Source: Lachnospiraceae bacterium | GTDB lineage: Bacteria; Bacillota; Clostridia; Lachnospirales; Lachnospiraceae | Length of the DNA stretch: 64,000 nucleotides | Reading direction: 5' to 3' | NCBI GenBank assembly: GCA_021201665.1 | Contig: JAJQEO010000003.1 | Location: forward strand, 5,416-69,415 | Part shown: one piece after another, positions 21,217 through 29,561 of the stretch | Layout: each line of letters opens with the position of its first letter | How positions within the stretch are numbered: position 1 is the stretch's first letter | Notes under the pieces: generated by a model | Told to the model about the DNA's origin: nothing | What the model saw: only the letters and a program-made list of their open reading frames with translations | Database searches by the model: none | Program-made: the position numbers and the translations under genes

Positions 21217-21420
21217 TTGTCCACCAGGGGGAAGGTCTGCCATTTGGATGTAAAACTTTTCCGGTAATCTCCCCCTCTCCACACCTCACCCCCTCTAAAC
21301 CTGCTGTACCAGCCGAAAAAGAGAGTATCTATCGGCGGTACTTCATGGATAGCTGGGGAAGTTCACCACGGCTGGGATTTGTCTTTCAGCCGATAAAAAT
21401 TCAAGAAAGGATTTGGACAC

Positions 21421-24400
21421 ATGAAACTCAAACAGATTTTCAAGAAGGCCGCAGCTATGGTCATGGCTGCGGTCACAGTTTTGTCCCTGTTGCCAATGAA
21501 CGCTTTTGCGGCAACAGGCGATGTGGGAACCATCACCTTTACCCGCACCTACGATGCGGGTGGCAATATCATGTACTACAATTCCGGAGCAGACATCAAC
21601 GGCTATCATGCCGGAGGAACTGGAACTATTAAGTATCGGATGTATGTGGACGGCAACACCGCCTTCTGCATCCAGCCTGGTGTTCCCTTGAAGACCGGAG
21701 ATACGCTGAGAGAGAGTTCTTCCGAAACCTGGAATGCTCTTTCAGCCAGTCAGAAAAAGGCTGTTGGACTGGCTCTGCTGTATGGTTATCAGGGCAACCG
21801 GGGTAATCTGAGCGGCAGTGACGATGAAATCTGGATGGCAACCCAGACCCTCGTGTGGGAGTTTGTGACGGGATGCCGCAATTCCACCGGCTCTTTTACG
21901 CAGACCAACACCACGGTTTATTCGCTGCACTTTGGTTCCAGCTATCCCAACAGCGGCGCGGCGGCAGCCTATGACCAGATCGTGTCCCTGTTGAACCGGC
22001 ACACCACAGTGCCCAGCTTTATGAACGGCGGTTCCAGAGAGTTGGAATATAAGGACGGAGCCTACACCCTGACTCTGACGGACAGCAACGGCGTTCTGTC
22101 TGAATACAGCTTCACCAGCTCAGACAGCCGGGTGCGTATCTCCAAGTCCGGCAATACTCTGACGCTGACTTCCTCCGAAGCGCTGGATGGTTCTGTTCGC
22201 ATTACCGCCACCCGCAGCAATATCCCCACGGTCAGTGAAAGCGCCCGGCTGATCGCCTATGGTGATGACAGCTTGCAGGATGTAGTTATTGGCGTAGAAA
22301 ACGCAGACCATGTGACAGCATCTCTGAATGTCGAAACGCCTACCGGCAATCTGTCCCTGAAAAAGACCTCTGAGGACGGTGTGGTGTCCGGTATCCGTTT
22401 CACCATCGAGGGCAACGGCATCAACAAAACCGTTACCACAGGCAGCGACGGCACCATCAATCTGGAGGGGCTGGCTCCCGGTGTTTATACTGTCACCGAG
22501 CAGGGGTACGACCGCTATGAGCCGCAGAATACCCAGCGTGTGACCATCATTGGCGGCCAGACCAGCACTGTTACCTTCAACAATGTACTAAAGCGCGGCG
22601 ATCTTGTTGTAACAAAGACCAGCGAGGACGGTTTGGTAGAGGGTATGAAGTTCCACCTGTACGGCACTTCTCTTTCAGGTCTTGCTGTGGACGAATATGC
22701 CGTAACCGACAGCGAGGGTAAAGCCTATTTTAACGATGTGTTGATTGGCACCGGCTATACGCTGGAGGAAGTGGACACGCCGGTTCGTTATGTGATTCCC
22801 GACAGTCAGACCGCGGCGATTGAGTGGAATACTGTCACCAATAAGAGCTTCACGAACATTCTGAAAAAGTGGCAGGCTACCGTTACCAAGAGTGATGTGG
22901 AAACCGGTTCTGCCCAGGGGGATGCTTCTCTTGCCGGAGCCGTCTATGGCGTTTACAAAGGCGACCAGCTTATAGACAGCTACACCACCGATGAAAACGG
23001 TCAGTTTACCACAGGCTTCTATGTCTGTGGCGATGATTGGAGCATCCGGGAAATCAGTCCTTCCGAGGGCTATCTGCTGGATGGCACATCCCACCATGTG
23101 GGAGCGGAGCCGGAGCTTTATACCGTTGAGTACAATCATACCTCCAATGATGTGACCGAGCAGGTCATCAAGGGAAAAATCGCCCTCATTAAGCACACGG
23201 ACGATGGGGATACCCAGCTTGAAACCCCGGAGGTAGGTGCGGAGTTTTCCGTGTATCTGAAATCTTCCGGCAGCTACGATGCTGCCAGGGACAGCGAGCG
23301 CGATTATCTCATCTGTGATGAAAACGGATTTGCTCAGACCAAAGACCTGCCTTATGGAATCTACACCGTCCATCAGGTGTCTGGCTGGGAGGGTCGGGAA
23401 CTGCTGGCCGACTTTGATGTGTATATTGCAAAAGACGGGCAGATTTACCGCTACCTTGCCAACAACGCAAACTTTGAAAGCTATATCAAGATCATCAAGG
23501 TGGATTCGGAAACCGGCAAGACAATTCCCTATGCGGGAGCAGGCTTCCAGCTTTATCGCCCGGATGGAAGTAAGGTGGAAATGACTTTCACCTACCCGGA
23601 AGTGACCACCATCGACACTTTCTACACCAATGACGAGGGCTATCTGATTACCCCGGAGACTCTGGAATATGGTTCCGGTTATTCGCTGGTGGAGGTGTCC
23701 GCCCCCTATGGTTATGTGCTGAACACAGAGCCGGTGTATTTTGATGTGACTGCAGACGATGCCACCGAAGAAAGCGCCGTGACCGTGGTGGAAGTCATTA
23801 AGGAAAACATGGCACAGAAGGGTATTGTCAAAATCAGCAAGACCGGCGAGGTATTTGCTTCCGTTACGGATAAGGGCACTTACCAGCCTATTTATGAAGT
23901 GCAGGGGTTACCCGGCGCTGTTTATGAGATTACCGCCGCCGAGGACATCTATACGCTGGATGGTACGCTCCGGGCCTCTGCCGGTGAAGTGGTGGATACA
24001 ATCACCACCGATGACAGCGGTATGGCCGAAAGCAAGGCACTGTACCTGGGCAAATATGAAATTCGAGAAACGGAAGCACCTTACGGCATGATGCTGAATA
24101 CCGAGGTTCGTACTGTGGAGCTGGTTTATGCCGGTCAGGAGGTGGAGATCACCGAGACTTCCGCCAGCTTCTATAATGAGCGCCAGAAGGTGGCCGTTTC
24201 TCTGAATAAGGCGCTGGAACAGGACGAGGACTTCCAGATTGGCATGAACGGTGAAATCACCGCTGTGACCTTCGGACTGTATGCCGCTGAGGAACTGACC
24301 GCCGCTGACGGTTCTGTGATCCCGGCTGACGGTCTGATTGAGATCATCTCCGTGGATATGGACGGCTTCGGTTACTGCGGTACTGACCTGCCTATGGGCA

Positions 24401-25554
24401 GCTACTATTTGCAGGAGCTGTCCACCGACAGCCACTATATTCTCTCCGATACCAAGTACCCGGTGGTCTTTGACTATGCCGGACAGGATACCGCGCTGGT
24501 GCAGATCATCGCAAACGATGGCGAGGACATTGGCAACGACCTGATTTACGGTGAAATTCACGGGCTGAAAAAGGATGACAGCGGCAATCCGCTGGATGGT
24601 GCGCTGATTGGCCTATTCCACACCGACTGCACCGAATTTACAACAGAAAATGCGCTGGTAACTGCCACCTCTGCCGAGGACGGCAGTTTTTCTTTTGCCC
24701 AGGTGCCTTACGGCAACTGGCTGGTGCGGGAGATCAAAGCGCCTACTGGTTATGTGCTGTCTGAGGATGCCTACCCTGTGACCATTGACGCAGACGACGC
24801 TGTGGTTGAGGTAGAGATTGAGAACACCCTGATTCGCGGCACTGTGCAGCTTATCAAGGTGGACGCGGACTACCCGGACAACAAACTGACCGGCGCAGAG
24901 TTTGAAATTTACCGGGATACCAACGGTGATGAGAAACTGGACGGCGCGGATGAGCGGCTGGGTACGCTCACTGAGGTCAGTACCGGCGTCTATGAAATGA
25001 GCGAGCTGACCTACGGCGGCTATTTTGTGAGGGAAACCAAGGCCCCGGAGGGCTTCTATTTGGACGAAAACGCCTACTATTTCTCTATCACCGAGCATGG
25101 TAAGGCCGTGACCGTAGAAAACGAGGCTGGCAAGGGATGCTTCATCAATCAGGCACAGAAAGGTGCCTTGAGAATCGTCAAAACCTCCTCGGACGGCAAG
25201 GTGGAGGGCTTCTCCTTCCGCGTCACCGGAGAGGGCGGCTATGAGCAGGTGTTCACCACCGACAAGAAAGGCGAGATTCTGATTGAGGGCCTGCGTATTG
25301 GCGAGTACACCGTCAGCGAAGTCTCCGACAGCGCATCTCAGAACTATGTGCTGCCCGCCGCTGCTACTGTGACTATCTCTGCGGAAAAGACCGCTACCGT
25401 TACCATGCACAATGAACTGCGGGATACTCCGAAAACTGGCGACAGCAGCAATCCCACTCTCTGGCTGGCTCTGATGGGCGTGGCTGCCGTGGGTGCTGCC
25501 GCCTGCGGTGTATTCGCAGTGAAAAATAAGAAAAAGAAGAAGGAGGAGAAGTAA
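21421..25554 (+). CDS. Sortase-anchored adhesin with N-terminal thioester (TED)-like domain and SpaA/Cna-B repeats
   Basis: Signal peptide; AFCIQPG and TQTLVW; repeated K..GA.F..E..AP.GY units; TPKTG + TM + Lys tail. Confidence 0.88.
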   Translation: MKLKQIFKKAAAMVMAAVTVLSLLPMNAFAATGDVGTITFTRTYDAGGNIMYYNSGADINGYHAGGTGTIKYRMYVDGNTAFCIQPGVPLKTGDTLRESSSETWNALSASQKKAVGLALLYGYQGNRGNLSGSDDEIWMATQTLVWEFVTGCRNSTGSFTQTNTTVYSLHFGSSYPNSGAAAAYDQIVSLLNRHTTVPSFMNGGSRELEYKDGAYTLTLTDSNGVLSEYSFTSSDSRVRISKSGNTLTLTSSEALDGSVRITATRSNIPTVSESARLIAYGDDSLQDVVIGVENADHVTASLNVETPTGNLSLKKTSEDGVVSGIRFTIEGNGINKTVTTGSDGTINLEGLAPGVYTVTEQGYDRYEPQNTQRVTIIGGQTSTVTFNNVLKRGDLVVTKTSEDGLVEGMKFHLYGTSLSGLAVDEYAVTDSEGKAYFNDVLIGTGYTLEEVDTPVRYVIPDSQTAAIEWNTVTNKSFTNILKKWQATVTKSDVETGSAQGDASLAGAVYGVYKGDQLIDSYTTDENGQFTTGFYVCGDDWSIREISPSEGYLLDGTSHHVGAEPELYTVEYNHTSNDVTEQVIKGKIALIKHTDDGDTQLETPEVGAEFSVYLKSSGSYDAARDSERDYLICDENGFAQTKDLPYGIYTVHQVSGWEGRELLADFDVYIAKDGQIYRYLANNANFESYIKIIKVDSETGKTIPYAGAGFQLYRPDGSKVEMTFTYPEVTTIDTFYTNDEGYLITPETLEYGSGYSLVEVSAPYGYVLNTEPVYFDVTADDATEESAVTVVEVIKENMAQKGIVKISKTGEVFASVTDKGTYQPIYEVQGLPGAVYEITAAEDIYTLDGTLRASAGEVVDTITTDDSGMAESKALYLGKYEIRETEAPYGMMLNTEVRTVELVYAGQEVEITETSASFYNERQKVAVSLNKALEQDEDFQIGMNGEITAVTFGLYAAEELTAADGSVIPADGLIEIISVDMDGFGYCGTDLPMGSYYLQELSTDSHYILSDTKYPVVFDYAGQDTALVQIIANDGEDIGNDLIYGEIHGLKKDDSGNPLDGALIGLFHTDCTEFTTENALVTATSAEDGSFSFAQVPYGNWLVREIKAPTGYVLSEDAYPVTIDADDAVVEVEIENTLIRGTVQLIKVDADYPDNKLTGAEFEIYRDTNGDEKLDGADERLGTLTEVSTGVYEMSELTYGGYFVRETKAPEGFYLDENAYYFSITEHGKAVTVENEAGKGCFINQAQKGALRIVKTSSDGKVEGFSFRVTGEGGYEQVFTTDKKGEILIEGLRIGEYTVSEVSDSASQNYVLPAAATVTISAEKTATVTMHNELRDTPKTGDSSNPTLWLALMGVAAVGAAACGVFAVKNKKKKKEEK

Positions 25555-25556
25555 TC

Positions 25557-25646
25557 ATGGAACCGAAAACCATCATTGGTATTGCGCTGGTCGCCTTGAT
25601 CGCTGGCGCACTTGTATTTCTGAACATCCGTAATCGAAAAAAGTAA
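25557..25646 (+). CDS. 29-aa single-TM peptide MEPKTIIGIALVALIAGALVFLNIRNRKK
   Basis: AGGAGGAG RBS; hydrophobic helix then basic tail. Confidence 0.6.
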   Translation: MEPKTIIGIALVALIAGALVFLNIRNRKK

Positions 25647-25712
25647 TACACCTTGGGGCGGCTTTCGAGCTGCCCCGTTTACATACCTCAAGAAAGGAGG
25701 CATTTGACAGGT

Positions 25713-25961
25713 ATGAAAGAACGATTTGAACAACGGCTGTTTCGTGTGTTTTCCCATGCCGGATATTCGCCCATCCGCATCCTGACAGTGACACCGGAGG
25801 AGATGGTGGAGATACCTGGCGTGACGGTTCCGGAGATTCGGGCGGTGCTGTGTGTTCAGAACAGAGTGCTGGCAGATCAGAACAATGTCCGTAAGGGACG
25901 ATTGGTGGCTGAACTGATGAAAGCGGCACAGGAAAGAGAGGGGATAGTCCATGATGGGTAA
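25713..25961 (+). CDS. Hypothetical ICE protein
   Basis: AAAGGAGG RBS; overlaps next start. Confidence 0.7.
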   Translation: MKERFEQRLFRVFSHAGYSPIRILTVTPEEMVEIPGVTVPEIRAVLCVQNRVLADQNNVRKGRLVAELMKAAQEREGIVHDG

Positions 25962-26268
25962 AGAGGTCTTTGAATATGGTGGGTATCATTTTATCCCAGA
26001 ACGCCAATTCTCCGCTGCGGAAAATGATTTTTACAGGATTTCCCGCCGTCAAAGGATAGACCGGGAGATAGGAATTTGTGAGCCGGGTTATGCCTATGAG
26101 AGTAAATACCCATATTCACATGACGCCTTCTATGCTGCTTCCCCAGACAAGGAGTGTGACCTGTTCCGTTGTGTAGAGAATGGGCGGCTTTACCTGCCCT
26201 GTGAGCATGATCTTCAGGAATACATGGAAACGCCGCAGAGAGGACGGAGGAATGATTATGAACGATGA
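25951..26268 (+). CDS. Hypothetical ICE protein
   Basis: Translationally coupled in operon. Confidence 0.75.
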   Translation: MMGKEVFEYGGYHFIPERQFSAAENDFYRISRRQRIDREIGICEPGYAYESKYPYSHDAFYAASPDKECDLFRCVENGRLYLPCEHDLQEYMETPQRGRRNDYER

Positions 26269-26872
26269 AAAGCATATGGCTGGTGACTATGAAATCATCC
26301 AGGCGGTGCATATTGGCGACAGAGAAATCGTGATCGGCCAGAACGAGGCCGATGAAAATGGTCTGCCCTACATGGTGGGCTATTACGAGAGTAACGCTAT
26401 TCTGGGGCGGTACTACGATGTGATTGGCAGTGACGATTTTCTGGAGATCATGGAACTGTATGGTCAGCGGATTATGGAGCAGAGCCAGAAAACCCGCGCC
26501 GAGCTATCAACTCCGAAAATCCAAGGCATTGACAACGCGCCCATTACCGCTGAGGGCTGCACACCTATCAGCTATGACGATGATCTGAATGGAAAGGTCA
26601 TTGTCATCAAGCCGGAGGTACTGCGCCCGGAATACCGCAGGGCTACCTCTCAGGTCAAGCTGTGTACCGGTGGCTTTGGTGCTTCTCCCCATAGCCGTGG
26701 TACAGCGGTTTATTGCACCGAGGTTTATTCGGGACGGCAAGCCCGATTTGAGCGGCAGGACATTCTCGGCGTGTTGGAGCCGGAGAATCAACCCAAGTGG
26801 GTGCAGCATTTTTTGTTGGTACTCCGGCAGACAGAGAAGCAGAAACAGGCTGTAGATAAGGGGGCACGGTGA
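26258..26872 (+). CDS. Hypothetical ICE protein
   Basis: GGAGG RBS; CTGGFGA...RG motif; coupled to neighbours. Confidence 0.8.
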   Translation: MNDEKHMAGDYEIIQAVHIGDREIVIGQNEADENGLPYMVGYYESNAILGRYYDVIGSDDFLEIMELYGQRIMEQSQKTRAELSTPKIQGIDNAPITAEGCTPISYDDDLNGKVIVIKPEVLRPEYRRATSQVKLCTGGFGASPHSRGTAVYCTEVYSGRQARFERQDILGVLEPENQPKWVQHFLLVLRQTEKQKQAVDKGAR

Positions 26873-27153
26873 TGGAGCAGAGAATCAACGAGGGCTATGT
26901 GATTACCGATTCTGTCCATGTTGGCAGTGCGGAATTTGTGATTGGCCAGAATGAAACCAAGTACGGCACCATGTATGTGACATGGAGATGTTCCAATGGC
27001 ACGGATTATTATTGGGGCCATTATTTTGATGACCATTTTGCTGCACAGAAAGACCTTGTAGCGCGGGCACAGGAAGAAGTGCAGTATTTGGATGCAAAAC
27101 GACAGTCGCAGGAGCAACAGAAACCGCCAAAAAAGAAGGAGCGTGAACGATAA
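26872..27153 (+). CDS. Hypothetical ICE protein
   Basis: YVTW...YYWGHYF motif; TGATG coupling. Confidence 0.8.
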   Translation: MEQRINEGYVITDSVHVGSAEFVIGQNETKYGTMYVTWRCSNGTDYYWGHYFDDHFAAQKDLVARAQEEVQYLDAKRQSQEQQKPPKKKERER

Positions 27154-28118
27154 TGGATATGACCATCCGCCCGTTACGGGCTGAAGAACGAAAATACACC
27201 TACGCCCAGAGCCAGCAGCTCACCATGCAGACCGGAGCCATTGGCTATCTGCGGGGCGATTTTGACAGCAGCGGCACCGGATTTCATACCACCTGGTTTG
27301 ACGAGGTGGAAAGCCGCAAGACCGCTGAATTTAAGGCGGAGTTTGATGAAGTTATCAACGCTCTTAGGTTTGATGAACGGTACGGTGGTGTACTGGCCGG
27401 ACGCTCTGCTATGCAGAAATACGGCAGGAGCCAGCCGGATAGCGGCTTTGAGGGGAATTACGCCACGGAGTACGGCTTCCGCGTTGACACCGGGAACTTT
27501 GCCTATCTTCTGCGCTGTATTCCGGTCAAGGGAGATTATAACTTTTACTGTTGGTGCTTTGAAGCTAAATGGCTTGACCGTCATTTGAAGCAGGCGGAAA
27601 AAGGCATCCGTTTCATAGACCCGCACTATAAGGAACTGTTCCGCATTCCGGACGGCGATAAAATCCGAATCACCTATGCGGACGGGGAAAAGGTTGACCG
27701 TGCTTGCTGGTATATCGACGAGTGCCATTTGGAGGTGGGCAATCCCAACTGGGACAGCCTTTACCACATCTGCCAGTTTGCCGAGATGATGGAGCGAAAC
27801 GGCAGCACGGTCATCCCATTGCGCTCCTCCCTGCCGGAACAGTGCTACGGCGTTCTGCCCAGCACCGGAGAACTGGTAATCGTCAAGAAAGGCGAATCCG
27901 GGTATTATCGGACCGATATTGACATGGGCAGCAAAGAGGAAAATCGCTTGCTGGCAGAGGATTATAACGGCAAGCTGGGCGTCAGCAAGGCGCAGGCTGC
28001 CGCTATGCTGGCCGGTTCCATGTTCGGCTGGCAGGTGCCCGCCGCTGACCCGAAGCATTATGACGAGCAAGGTCAGCCCGCCCGTCCAAAGCAGAAAGAC
28101 AGAGGTGATGCCAGATGA
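27153..28118 (+). CDS. Hypothetical multi-domain ICE protein
   Basis: IGYLRGDF, YHICQFAE, AMLAGSMFGW motifs; coupled. Confidence 0.8.
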   Translation: MDMTIRPLRAEERKYTYAQSQQLTMQTGAIGYLRGDFDSSGTGFHTTWFDEVESRKTAEFKAEFDEVINALRFDERYGGVLAGRSAMQKYGRSQPDSGFEGNYATEYGFRVDTGNFAYLLRCIPVKGDYNFYCWCFEAKWLDRHLKQAEKGIRFIDPHYKELFRIPDGDKIRITYADGEKVDRACWYIDECHLEVGNPNWDSLYHICQFAEMMERNGSTVIPLRSSLPEQCYGVLPSTGELVIVKKGESGYYRTDIDMGSKEENRLLAEDYNGKLGVSKAQAAAMLAGSMFGWQVPAADPKHYDEQGQPARPKQKDRGDAR

Positions 28119-28297
28119 AATATTGTGTTTCCATGAAGGAAGTCAGTTACGGCAGCGTTGTTGTGGAGGCAAAAAGCAAAGAGGAAGCTATCCAGAAAGC
28201 GGAACAGGCATATTATGACGGCAATGTCTTTTGGAAAGACAGCAGCATTGAAACCGAGGCTGTTCGCAAAGAACCAGATCGGGGGTGGGAGCGATGA
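28115..28297 (+). CDS. DpnD/PcfM-like small protein
   Basis: VVVEAKSKEEAIQKAEQAY pattern; ATGA overlaps. Confidence 0.6.
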   Translation: MKYCVSMKEVSYGSVVVEAKSKEEAIQKAEQAYYDGNVFWKDSSIETEAVRKEPDRGWER

Positions 28298-28671
28298 GTG
28301 CTTTGTACCGCAGCAATGCAAAGGAAATTGACTACGAAGAAGTTACCGTTCTGGATAAGCCTATGCTGTTTACCTGTCTGCGGGTTGACCGGGCTACCGT
28401 ACCCAAAGGGATGTACTGCTATGAGGTACGCCATGATGACGAGGGTCGGGGCGATCCCTGTGAAATTGCCAACTGGGTCATGGTCAATCATTGGGGAACG
28501 CTGATCTCCAATCAGCCGATTGCATTGAAGAAAAACGCCGCCTCCAGCAATGCCTATCGGGAAATTGAGCCGGAAAAGGACTGGAATTATGAGGGCGTGG
28601 ATTCCACCTTGCAGGAATATATGGAGAAGCACCCACCGAAAAAGGAACGGAATCGGGGTGATGCCCGATGA
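28294..28671 (+). CDS. LPD28 (large polyvalent protein-associated domain)-like protein
   Basis: LFTCLRVDR..VPKG.Y.YEVRHDD...VMVNHWGTLI. Confidence 0.75.
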   Translation: MSALYRSNAKEIDYEEVTVLDKPMLFTCLRVDRATVPKGMYCYEVRHDDEGRGDPCEIANWVMVNHWGTLISNQPIALKKNAASSNAYREIEPEKDWNYEGVDSTLQEYMEKHPPKKERNRGDAR

Positions 28672-29213
28672 CAGAGGAACGGCACATTATCTGGAGCAAT
28701 TACGATCTGGACTATGAGGATTGGAAAGACGATCTGGAAGCTGATTATCCGGATTTATCTGAACAGGAACGCATTATGCTCATGTATGAGATCAACGGTG
28801 ATTATCTGGATGATGAGCGCACGAATCTGGATGTGCAGCTCAGCCAGCCCATTCTTGTGATTGGTGATCTGGGCCTATGGAACGGGCGGCGCATGGGCTA
28901 TAAGGAAATCCACAGCGGTAAAATCTGCGACTGCCTTTATGCCGATACCGATTACTCCACCTGGTATGTGGATAAGTTGGGCGATCTGCGCTGTGACGCT
29001 ATCCACCACGACGGCACCAACCATTATCTCTACCGCACCTACAAGGACGGTGTGCGGCAGTCTCAAATCGACAATCTGAAAGAAAAACTGTATTACGGCA
29101 CAGCGACCCGCGCTGACATTACCCGAATCACCCGTAGACTTGGAGATGAAATCGCTAAAGTCTACGGGTTTTCTATTCCCCGTCAGCGGCAGGCGGCAGC
29201 CGTGGAAAGGTAG
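28668..29213 (+). CDS. Hypothetical ICE protein
   Basis: DLGLWNGR..GYK, HHDGTN motifs; ATGA overlap. Confidence 0.8.
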   Translation: MTEERHIIWSNYDLDYEDWKDDLEADYPDLSEQERIMLMYEINGDYLDDERTNLDVQLSQPILVIGDLGLWNGRRMGYKEIHSGKICDCLYADTDYSTWYVDKLGDLRCDAIHHDGTNHYLYRTYKDGVRQSQIDNLKEKLYYGTATRADITRITRRLGDEIAKVYGFSIPRQRQAAAVER

Positions 29214-29219
29214 GAAAAA

Positions 29220-29525
29220 ATGGCACAGTTACCCCCGGTTCATATCAAGCTGAATCCCGAAAACTTCGATTTGCTCTTATCTATTCTGGCGCACAACACT
29301 GAAATCAGGGAGTTGCCGGAGCTGGCCAACGATGCCCATGACCTATTAGACAAGCGGCTTCGGTTTTCCCGGCTCTGCACCGATCTGAGTGGCAGAGCGT
29401 ATGTGGACAGCTTCCTCTATGAACAGGAAGCCGTGGAGATGCTCTGGCAGCTTTTGTTTGCCGCAGCGGACGCGGATATGCCGGTAACGGCGTATCACTA
29501 TCAGCTTCAACCCGGTTCCCATTAA
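29220..29525 (+). CDS. Hypothetical ICE protein
   Basis: RBS AAGGTAGG; in operon. Confidence 0.65.
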   Translation: MAQLPPVHIKLNPENFDLLLSILAHNTEIRELPELANDAHDLLDKRLRFSRLCTDLSGRAYVDSFLYEQEAVEMLWQLLFAAADADMPVTAYHYQLQPGSH

Positions 29526-29561
29526 AACTACAATCCCTTGCCATGACTGGAGGTGTATCGG

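Noticed and set aside
21213-21632. 139-aa ORF between parB and the adhesin
   Set aside because: Overlaps the adhesin out of frame with no recognisable motif
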